DNA from: Oculina patagonica
Taxonomy: Eukaryota
DNA length: 64,000 nt
Direction of reading: 5' to 3'
Assembly: GCF_052425735.1 (NCBI RefSeq)
Contig: NC_135762.1
Location: 10,788,001 to 10,852,000 of the forward strand
Position 1 is the stretch's first letter; every line of letters starts with the position of its first letter. Positions 41,401-50,957 of this stretch are shown one piece after another. A program made the position numbers and the translations under genes. The notes under the pieces were generated by a model. That model saw only the letters and a list, made by a program, of their open reading frames with translations. It did no database searches and had not been told where the DNA came from.

Positions 41401-42365
41401 AATTTTGAGATCTTTTTATGTGCGTGTGAATGCAATTTTTAGCTCCAACATGACCCGTGAACTAAGAGTTGAGTTAGACGTGAACGTGAATCATCTTCTT
41501 TTTCATGATTTTTTTTTTAATTTTTTAGGTAGTTCTAGTAAACATTTATCTTCGTTTTAGCTCTGTGGTTGGGATTGGGACTTTTGTCAGCTATTTTGTC
41601 ATGCGTGTTATCTTGACAGGCACAATATCCAGTCTTGCACCTTCTGAGCGTAACAGTCTAAACAGGGATCGCCATGATTTTTGCGTGAACATGAAAACAT
41701 TTTAAGAATTATTCGTGATGAGTGAAAAGCCAAATATTTTTACGCAATTCCATTTCACAGAGAGGTATAGGGGACCCTGATTTTAGTTTTTACAGAGTAA
41801 AATTCATTTCTGAGGGGTGAAATCTGTGGGCATCTTTTGAGTATTTTCTGTAAGAAAAGTAAATCGTTGTTCTTTTTTCCTCCTGATAAAACATAACTCA
41901 GCTATTTTCCAATAGGAAAGAGGATGACTGTTTCTTTGTTGTTTGTCACCCTGAAAATAAGAGGGGGGGGAGGGGGTGGGGGGCACGAATTGCAGATCCA
42001 CACTTAATTAACATTTCTAGTGCATGTGAGAATCGATCATTTGTTTTGACTTTTCATTTCCTTTCGTTTCTGAGGTTAACAATATGAGATTATCCTTACC
42101 TTATCGTTTCATCAGAGCTACCAGTGGCAAGAAATTGACCGTTATTGGCAGCGCATTTGATACAGCCCGCGTGTTCTTTCTCGGCGAACCTGGGTTTTAG
42201 CCTATACTGCTCAAAGATATACGGAAAAGGATCAAACTAACAACAAAAAATCATTTCTATAGGTTTCATTTTGAAAAACGTTTTAGTTACCTCAAGCTCG
42301 TCCTCTCCTAAAATAACGTCAAAACCAACAAGAACTTGTTCATAAGTACCCACAATGACCTCCAT
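28393..42365 (-). CDS. PAK1IP1: p21-activated kinase-interacting protein 1 (MAK11-like WD40 ribosome biogenesis factor), 12 exons, ~409 aa
   Basis: Exons 42291-42365 (MEVIVGTYEQVLVGF), 42100-42206 (..FLATGSSDETIR), 38582-38634 (LYNLK..ELGALMQHE), 37024-37144 (GTITCLAF..HMLSASEDRTICVW..WDCLKTLKGH), 35705-35779 (VNSVSVHPSGRLALSVAKDKTLR), 35204-35256 (TWNLVTGKSAYVTNIK), 33033-33115, 32004-32066, 31797-31894, 30833-30947, 29038-29236, 28393-28580 (Lys/Glu-rich tail). Phases consistent, 1230 nt. Confidence 0.93.
29527..29925. mobile_element. PIF/Harbinger-like MITE
   Basis: TIR GGCCCCGTCCACACTGACCCGGGTAAATTTGAAAACG / CGTTTTCAAATTTACCCGGGTCAGTGTGGACGGAACC; partial related copy at ~33367-33506. Confidence 0.78.
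30423..30677. mobile_element. hAT-like MITE
   Basis: TIR CAGGGTTCGTAC / GTACGAACCCTG; no clean 8-bp TSD. Confidence 0.6.
31358..31762. repeat. Interspersed repeat family (copy 2, with internal insertion)
   Basis: Similar to 15825-16075 (CTCTGGCCAATCACAAA, TTACTTCTGATTGG, AAGTGGCGCGAG). Confidence 0.65.
32358..32807. mobile_element. Tc1/mariner-type MITE inserted into a SINE 3' half (~32310-32900)
   Basis: TA TSD; TIR CCTTATTGTTACTTATTTTCGCG / CGCGAAAATAAGTAACAATAAGG; removing it rejoins SINE sequence CCCTGCAGTGGACTA|GCATTCCATCCAGGAGGGAGTAGAAATA. Confidence 0.82.
33649..34055 (+). mobile_element. Second Penelope-like element 3' fragment (decayed GIY-YIG + hammerhead-like motif), 11-bp TSD
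   Basis: Frame-broken KTYISETKRNFTVR / HNSEPACHLAKNPDHKYTWNI / MEGLL..EEPTLNNKQVHCFIAKLFP; flanked by AACCAGTGAAT at 33638-33648 and 34056-34066. Confidence 0.78.
33948..33985 (+). ncRNA. Minimal hammerhead-like motif at PLE 3' end (weak stem III)
   Basis: AACA-CTGATGA-T-GAC-CTTCGA-GTC-GAAA-ACAA-TT-TGTT: core and stems I/II present, at the same position after the GIY-YIG stop as in the 2113-2155 element. Confidence 0.62.
36071..36622. mobile_element. Tc1/mariner-type MITE
   Basis: TA TSD; imperfect TIR CCTTATTACGTGACATTTT / AAAATTTCATGTAATAAAG; internal AATCGCGAAATT repeats as in 32358-32807. Confidence 0.68.
37298..37775 (-). mobile_element. CR1/L2-group LINE 3' end, nested in a Harbinger-like MITE
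   Basis: LFKNLSILPIDDL..LPATFSHFF..HSHNTRSS resembles a LINE ORF2 C-terminus; on the minus strand AATAAA is followed by a (GATT)n tail (37298-37327). Confidence 0.7.
40271..40703. mobile_element. MITE with CCC..GGG termini and (G)nTACTC subterminal motif
   Basis: CCCAGGGGGGTACTCCGGCTTGTAAATGAC / GTCATTTACAAGACGGAGTACCCCCCCCCCCTGGG; related copy at ~39597-39950. Confidence 0.7.
41311..41778. mobile_element. hAT-like MITE inserted into a small palindromic element (~41168-41802)
   Basis: TIR AGGGTCCCCTATAC / GTATAGGGGACCCT; 7/8-matching TSD GATTTTAA/GATTTTAG; outer arms TTTACTCCGTAAAAACTAAAATC / GATTTTAGTTTTTACAGAGTAAA. Confidence 0.7.
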
Positions 42366-42900
42366 GTTGGATTAATGCTTGGCTTTGGAGCCGCGCCTCT
42401 CTGGGCAGAGAAATCGGATCGGGAGCTGGGAAGGGAAAAAAGGGGGGGGAAGGGGGAAAACGAGGAAAGGGCTGGGGGGAGGGGAGGGAGAAACGGGGGA
42501 GGAAATAATCATTTATATAGCACAACGAAAACTACTACTGGTTTTACCTAATGGCTGGACTGAAGAACTGCTGCTAGAAAGACATTAGTTTCTAAAGAAA
42601 GTGTTGTCCTGCGTCGCCAGGCAAGTGAAACAAGTTGATCATCAAGTTGATAAAAGCAAATAAACCACCGTAGCGAATTTTGAATAGCTAACGTCCCAAA
42701 AGTTATCTACAAGTACTTGGTTTATCCCCTGGCATTTTACCCGTTTCGGGGACATCACCGCTTCGTCGTTAGCGCTACCTATCTGTTGGATTGACAAAAA
42801 AGGAAGGAATTCTCTGGGTACGAAGGAAGTCACGCAAGATCTCCTTGCGGTGAGTCACGTCCTGCTAGTACCCAACAACCTGAACCGTGACTTAACCATT

Positions 42901-43084
42901 NNNNNNNNNNNNNNNNNNNNNNNNNNNNNNNNNNNNNNNNNNNNNNNNNNNNNNNNNNNNNNNNNNNNNNNNNNNNNNNNNNNNNNNNNNNNNNNNNNNN
43001 NNNNNNNNNNNNNNNNNNNNNNNNNNNNNNNNNNNNNNNNNNNNNNNNNNNNNNNNNNNNNNNNNNNNNNNNNNNNNNNNNNNN
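42901..43084. other. Assembly gap (184 N)
   Basis: Run of n. Confidence 1.
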
Positions 43085-44332
43085 TATCGGCAAGTCTAAA
43101 AAATTGATCCGAGGGTTGAAAAATTATCTAAAAAATTAAACAATTTTCTCTGAAAAGACGTTTCAAGCATAGTTTTTTGCCAACAAAACAATACTTTAAA
43201 CAAGACCCTTTTCGTTGCATCCGCTGCATTCATTGAAGATCCGGTAGTTGGGTAAACTCTTCGGTGATTTTCAACTGTTTGAAAGACGTTACCAGGACGC
43301 GAGCATTCTAAACTGGGGATGGTCGCATGATACAGTTGAATGAAGTTGAAGTTGAAGTTCTTTAATGAAATAACCGCCAAATATAGTATTTTTAACGAGT
43401 TTGTATTAATCAAAATTTTATTTTGTAACACATTGATCCTCTTTTTCGATCAACTCTTTTTTTTTTCAAGCTATGTTTAGACATGAAACTTTATTTTCCA
43501 AATGATAAAATCGCATTTTTGTTTTATTTCTGATACTACTTGTAATTTCTCAAGTGTAAGTAGGTAATGCCATGTATTTTTATGGAAATACCTCAATAAA
43601 TTGTTGTTGTTGTTGTTGAATGTAGATTTCTTTAGCATCCCTATAACGCGGACCAAAAGCCGTTTCCCTTAGATCAGTACTTCCACAGTTAAACACAGCA
43701 GTTCCATCCCCAGATTTCTCTTAACTGCCAATCTCTCGAGCCAATTTTCTTTTCCCTTGGAAGTTTGAGAAATCGGAATTTCACTGTAATTGTGAGACTT
43801 ATTTTAGCCAGTGATGTGACAGAATCCATATTTTTATAAGATTATTACATCTTATATGCAACGTGAACTTGTGGAGTAACTGTTATATACTTGGCAAGTT
43901 TTGAAAATCATAGAAAAACTTTCTCAAAAGAGCCATTCAACAATATGCGAATAAATTACTCTTCAAAGCTTATATCATAAATTATGCATGTTTTAGTAGA
44001 AACACTTTTATACAAGCAATTAAAACCTCTTTTTGCACACGCTGAGAAAATTCCAAAGGCGAAATTTTCGGTGTCATTTTTTTCGTTACGTCCTGAATAA
44101 TGTACACATATTAAACAGCAAATTACTAAAATTCTGGCAAACAAGCGGAAGGTGAGGAAAAAGGTCACTTCAAGAAAGCTGTGTTTTATCCTCTTCTCCG
44201 CCTTCCGCCAAATTCTTAAAACGATTCAAATCATCTCTTTAAAATCGCCACACAATCTACAAAAACCCTAAACACTATATACAATTTAATACTAAACTTT
44301 TTTACATTCGATTAAAACACATGTCACGTGAT

Positions 44333-47300
44333 TCAAACTCGTGAGCACGTGCAGTCCTGGGGAGAGCAAGATCTTGCACTCCCGCCTCCTAATATGGAGG
44401 TGGACGACGATCCTATTCTGTCAGCGTTCGGCGACAGAAGGCTAAGAGAGTTCATGGGTGGACTGTAAGGGCCTGGGATCAAGGAACACTGTTGATCAGC
44501 CATGTCACACTCGGTGCACATTGGGTAGCACCCTCCCAGAAGCGAGTGACGTATGTGTGGTAAGCTGTTTATTTTCTGGTGGCGACGCCATTTTGCACGG
44601 CGATTGGAGAACCAGACCTAAAAAACAATTTAAAAATGAAATACAGTTTAGATCACATTTGTTTTGACAGAACATAAAAAAAGAATGCGGTTGTTTTTGC
44701 ATACAGTTTAATATCTAAAATTTTGTAGCGGTATATTGCTTTTATATATTTGTATATAGCGTAATTACCAGTCTGACCGATAGTTACTATAGCTATTGAC
44801 CAATCAGAAGTCGTGTATCAATTTTAAGCAAGTGTTAAAAAAGAAATCCGTGCGCCTTTAATAAGTTTCCCTTTGTGAACACCAAATCGAGGCCCAGTTT
44901 GGTGCTGATTAATTCTTTTAATTTTTGTAGGTATTTAACCAAATAAATAAAGGAGTAGTTAAAGGTATTTAAATAACGAGGCGCTCCCTCGTGTTTACTA
45001 CAGTAAGCTTGAAGCAAAAATTGCTCTCTGTTATGTGAAACGTTTTTATCACGTGACTTCTCACCTGCACCCGTGCCTCTGACATGTCAATCTTATTTGC
45101 AAGCTCCTCCCTCGTGGCTACATCCGGGTAATGAGACTTTTTGAATTCGTTTTCAAGCATCTCCAGCTGCTCGGGAGCTAAATGTCGTTCTGTTTCGCCG
45201 TATTTTTCTCTTCTGGTTTCCCTGGGAATCATTTCCTTCCTTGCCGCTTTCACTTCCACTGTTGTAACCGGTATTTTCGGAATTGTTTACATTGAAATTT
45301 TTGTTGTCTGTGTCAACGGCATTGTTGTTGTTGTCGTTGTCATAGCTACTGTCATCGTGATGGCTAGTCTCGTGTATGTCGACTTCTAACTCATCCATTT
45401 CCTCGCTTTCATCGCGATCGGTATCGATACTTAGCGGAGCAGGTTTATCTTTTTCCTGTTTTGTGATCTCCTTGTCTGGTGTCATGCACTGCCTTTGTCG
45501 TTGCTCCTCGTCGTTCTCCCCTTTGAGCCTCACTGAATAAAATAACAACAAAATTAAAAGAAAGTGAGGTGAGTATGAAAAATTCCTCATACACGTTCAT
45601 CCAGTTTTTAATTGTCAGTTTTCGCAGCCTTTACTTAATCGTGGCGTCACGGAGGATATAGTTTGCGTGATGCTCCTCCAGAACACGGTTCAGAGGGAGA
45701 CCAAGCTCTGTGGCAGCAAAGCTACCTCCCAGTAGAAATGCTGCCCTTAAAAATTAACTGAGCCCAACTTTCGATAACGATGTGGTGCTAAGTATCAAAA
45801 CGTATCAAAACTTAGGGCGAAAATTTCCTTCCCGGCCGTTTCTTGCCAACTGTTTTTGCCCTATACCTCATCAGGAAGACTGTTGCAGGACTCGCGTTGA
45901 ATGTATCATTTGAGGCTTTCATAGCTTAGAAAAACTATTTCAAAAATTATTTTACCTGCCAAAGTGCTTTCACTGTGTTCCTGGTGACTGTTTCCAATCT
46001 GAGACGAAGTGATAATTGACAGTTCAGGCGGTGGTTCCAGACCCCTCCTCTCGTAGTCCTGAGGTGGGAACTCCTCGTGCTGTGGCATTGTGTGGCATGA
46101 CCAGGGCACACTGGGCTCACAAACAGCGGACCAAGGATGGAAGCCATAAATGCTAGCCAAATGCTGTCTTTCCCGCTCAATCATTGCATACTGTGCAGCC
46201 CTTTCGGCAGCTTTGTTTCTTAGAATGCGATTGATAGAGCTGACACTGGGGGTGTTTTCTCTATCACAAACACCTTCCTCAACGAGGCGATCTCGAATTT
46301 CCCACGCAAAAATGGTCGGGTTCTGCTGCTTGTACTGGACGATTTTGGTCACGACTGGAGGCGTGGCTACCTTAGGCTTGCTCCCTCCTATCGATCCTGG
46401 GCGGATTGAGCCTGTTTCGTAGAATCTGCCCAAGATTTTGCTGACGCAGCCGTGTGAAACCAGAAGTCGCCGAGAAATTTCGCATGGTCGTACACCACAT
46501 GCAGCAAGTTGAACGATCCGATGGCGAATGTAATCCGGGAGGGGCCGACCGTTCACGAATGGTCCTCCGAGCTGATTGATACCACCATGACTTTGGAAGA
46601 GAAAAGGCGCTGCAAAACCAATAGGAAAAATTCCAGAATTAGTCGATGGTTCTTCAATTTAAAGTTGTAAATCTATATAAGACTCTTTCTGTTAACTTTC
46701 TTATATGTTCCTTATAGACTCTGTTGGCGAAAACTGACACACTTCCCAATAATTTTAAATAATATATTTAATTTTAGAGACACATTTTTCACTATTTTAA
46801 GCGAAGATAGCAGCAAATATAAGAGAGCCAGATAAGAATTTGATTGAGTATTTCATCCTCAAAGCTCTACAGTTAAAATGAGTTAATTTTGCTCTGCAAA
46901 GCGGATTTTACAGTACATATCCCTTCCAACTGCAACTGAAAGGAAAGGACTGGTGACCGGTGACTACTTTTGGCGGGAAAAGCAGTGACGTTTGGCACCC
47001 CGCGTTTCCCGCGGCGACGCGGTGACCTTCAACAAACGGACATTTTTGTTCTGGCTGTATAACCGTGTCGCAGAGATGTTAAAGTTTTACATGCTGAATT
47101 TGCCGAGGAATTCTTCGCTTGAACTTACGTCTGTATACACAAGGATAATACAGAGACCAGGAAAAGGTTTGTGTTTTATTCAGAAGCATATTTAACAAAC
47201 GGTTTTACGTGTTAAATGAGCGGCGAACAACTTAAATTTACCGTGCGCTTTTTCGACTGAGTTTATTTTCTTCTGTTTTCTAATTATGTTTTTCCTTTCA

Positions 47301-50300
47301 ACGGAACGGCTTGAAGTGCAGTTATGTATAGCAAAATGTAAAGAAGATGTACCCTAGACGGAAAAAGAAACGCTACATTGAATACAAAGCTTGGAAATGA
47401 AATGCTCTTCATATTCAAGAAGCCATATAAACAATACGTCCCGTTACAGATTTGGCCTGTCACGCAACGCTTCGCCAAATTTGCAAGACTCATGTATCAC
47501 CACTACTCGCGCTGGTAAGTTGTAACGCAGCTATTCTTTTATCCATTTATAATATTCCGCGGATAAGTTTTTCAGAAAGGCGGATTTAGAAACTCTACAA
47601 AGAAGGCGCGCGAATATAATTGATAAACGCTTTGATAAAAAATTTACAAACGTGACATGTCGTGAAGGTCATGTAAACCCAGGAGGGATGGTGAGGGTGT
47701 GCGGAGGGGGAGGAGGGACGGGGATGTATTGCCAAATTAAATCTGTCTCCTATGAGTCTCCTAAAGAAGGCATAAGGGAACTTCATAAAAGTTTTTCATT
47801 TAACTATAATTGAACATTTTATCCAACAATAATGTTCTTCTGCCATAGCAAATCAACGTAGCTAGAAATGACGTTGTAAACTAATCACCGAAAAATTCTG
47901 TATTTTCTAGGGGATTTCTTATTCTGTTGTTATGTCTTTTGCTACAACTGGAATTTTTTAAAAATATAGGTATAGGTTCCAAGAAGCCAGGAAATTTTAG
48001 TAGGAGACAAAACACAAATAAACAAACAATATGTAAATCAATAAATCCATAAATACATAATAGATTTAAATAATTGTTCATCATCGAGAGGTACTGATAT
48101 GCCTATCTTATATTAAAAGAACAATGTGGAAAATCATGCCCCGGGGACGAACCCACGACCCCCGACGGAAGGGCCAACCACTGAGCTACCGAGGAACCAC
48201 GTGGAGGAGTCATTGAGACACATGTTTCGGCGACCTGCCGGACTCAGGGAGCGAGATCGGGGGTCGGGCCGGGCGATCCGCCGGGGGATTTTCCGACATT
48301 TGTTCCAAAGAAGGATCAGAGTTTACCCTCTGATGATGAAACTTGTTCGAAATATGCCGTTTTACGTACATTTAAATAATTGTGGTATAACTTTAATCTA
48401 AACAGGTTTCAAAAATTTGCAATGTATTTACGACAGCAATTTTGCTTTACTTATTTTGTGTTTACCAATTCCTACGAATGGAAATTTGAATAGCAAAACA
48501 TGTGAACCATAATTTCGTTTTGGTTGTGCTTGATGAGCTGGCTAATATAGCCTGTAATTTTTAACGAGTCACTTATGAAGCTTCATTTTGTACTAGAGAG
48601 ATACATTGTTCAAGTTTCAGAATTAATTCGATACCAGCAAGCGATTCACAAATCATTTCAGAAATGTCAGTATCTTTCTTTTTACGATAAACGTGTTCCA
48701 ATTTTGCGGTTTTAAAATTTCTATTCAATTTTAACTTCACTGATGTTTAGATAGTACGCTTTTTAAGATAGCAATCAGATAGACCGACTGTTTAACGAGA
48801 TATCATGCACAGCATACGGTTAATTGGATAGATACCAACCCGTATTGACCTTTTACAAAAATAGCAAAAATTCAAATTCACCACTGTCATTTATAAAATG
48901 GTTATTCGTTTTTGCATATAATCAAACAAAACAGAAACTTAATTATACCCGATAATGATCAGTGTTTGCTCTAATATGTTAAAATGAATAAAAATGAATT
49001 TGTAATTTGCCAGATCTCTCCTTGTATATATTAATAAATGTTGTTACATTTCGTTTCGATTTGGAGAAGCTGTAAACGACCACTGTTTCGGCATTTTTTT
49101 GGCTTCTTTTCTCTCTCTCTATCCGTAGATATAGTGTATGCCAGAAACGGCTTTAGTTTACAGCCAAACAAACGCATCCCAGCAAAAATTGCACACTTTA
49201 CTGAGCAAGATATTTTCTCAAATTTGTGAATTCTACTTCTTTCTTCAACTTTAATTGCTTGGTTTCGTTCTGCTTCATTTCTATTGAGTTTTTCGGGCGT
49301 TCTTGAGTTAAATTGCTTTTCGTTTAATTTTTATTCTCTTTCGCAATGCTCGGTTAATTAGTTTTCTCAACAATTAAGCCAACTATAAATCATTTTTGAT
49401 GGCCCGTGGTCAATTAAAGGCACAAATGGGGTAATAAAAAGAAGAAGAAGCAGACAAACATAACAACGTCTCGCCAAAACGCAGCCAGCAAATCAAGAGT
49501 ATTCATCACAAGCGCGACCTAAATACTCCTTTGAACTACACGATTGCTATTATTTTGTATTCCTAAGGGGTTTGCAAAGTTTCAGTCAAAAAAAGGCGCT
49601 TTGAAATGGGATTTACAGCAATATTTTAATGCTCAACAAGGCAACAAGGTGAAACCTGTGAACTTCCGCGCGATTTTAAGTCATTAGTGGAAGGTTAGCT
49701 TGTGCTTTTATTGGTTTTCAGTTGTGTTTCATTCTTAATTTTTTGTTACTACGAGTTCCTAGTAAATGAAGTTACCTCTTACTGTGAGAGCGAAATAATA
49801 TTTTTTTTTATGCATACTAAGACAGCAAAGCTGTTAAGTGAATCAAGTTGCCTCTTTGACTTGCGGGAAATATACTAAAATTTTACCGTTATAACTTTTA
49901 CGTTAAATTCAGTGTTTTCACAGTCGTCAAAGTCTTTGATTTGTATCCGTATCATTGTCGCATAGAAACGCAGTCATTCTGGAAAAATCCATTCACATAA
50001 GTTGAATTAAAGTGAAAGATTTAAACAAAATACGTTTATTTAACTATACACACGGTATTGAAAAGGGAGAATGCTTCTATTGAAAAGGCGTGACGGCATA
50101 TATTTCGAGACTGAAGGCGCTTTTCCGCAAGCGGGCAGTGTAAAAGACTTGTACAAACAACACAGCAGAATCTTTCAAGGAGAACGAAATGTGCTAGAAT
50201 TTGAAATGGTCATTTTAAAATTACATTTATGTGTACGGATATTTACGTTTGCCAGACAATGCTGTGGTTTCGAGACCACGCTGAGGCTAACAAAAGTCGA

Positions 50301-50677
50301 AGAAACGTTTGTGTACAACACACGAGGACCCAGAAGAAAAGATCAAAACTTTTCTGTCGAACGAGCTCAGTTCAAATCGATCCAACTTGAGAAACTACGC
50401 TCCAAAACGTAGAACGAGCATTAACCGTATCATGTCTTCGCGCAGGAAAACAGCGAACGCAGTTCAAGTGGGCTCCAAAACCTCGGTTTATTTTACTTTC
50501 AATTTCCATGTTGTTTGAGTCAACTAACAAATTGAGTCACAGCGTCTGAAAACAACCCCAGGTTGACCCAGGCTTGTAACTTTAAATACAAAGGCAAAGC
50601 GAAGCTATACGACTGAGCCGAACAGACACTTCGGATTGCATTTTAAGGCAAAAAATGTACCTACCTAGGTGTGCCAT
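44333..50677 (-). CDS. PaxC: PaxC-type paired-box + homeobox transcription factor; 4 coding exons; apparent +1 frameshift at the start of the homeobox
   Basis: Exon 50665-50677: MAHL. Exon 45956-46609: [91 protein letters not shown], a full paired domain. Exon 45065-45532: acidic linker, [11 protein letters not shown] / [37 protein letters not shown]. Exon 44333-44617: [15 protein letters not shown] (S50 homeodomain). Matches the cnidarian PaxC class from memory. Confidence 0.9.
48119..48358. repeat. GC-rich tRNA-like/SINE-like island with imperfect inverted repeat in PaxC intron 1
   Basis: Minus-strand A box GGTAGCTCAGTGG (48178-48190) and B box GGTTCGTCCCC (48143-48153); imperfect inverted arms 48119-48166 / 48255-48305. 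Confidence 0.5.
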
Positions 50678-50919
50678 TTTCGTTGAGATAGGGCTTCGTT
50701 TGCTCGTCCTGTTTTACACTTTCGAAACGTGAAGTCGTAGAGTAACCTAAAACAGTTGGGTGTTTTGATAGATTAGCACTACTGTGTTTAAAGCAAATTG
50801 TGCTGTTCGATCTGAAGTTTTCATACCTTGTGGTCAGAAGGTTTCAACAGCAATTATCTTGCGGTCAAGTTTTTTCGAATGTGACTTGATGCTTGCTCGC
50901 TCCGAGTGATCACCCTTCA

Positions 50920-50957
50920 ATGACTGTTTAAATTCTCTTGTTCACTCAGAATTTATA
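50920..50957 (-). promoter_or_regulatory. Putative PaxC core promoter (TATA + Inr)
   Basis: TATAAA at 50957-50952, about 27-32 nt upstream of an Inr-like CAGTC at ~50926-50922; plausible 5'UTR intron 50747-50826 (GTATGA..TTTTAG). Confidence 0.5.

Noticed and set aside
9117-50677. All four genes co-oriented, suggesting an operon or trans-splicing
   Set aside because: Intergenic distances are 2-6 kb with separate promoter-like features, and four co-oriented genes are not improbable by chance
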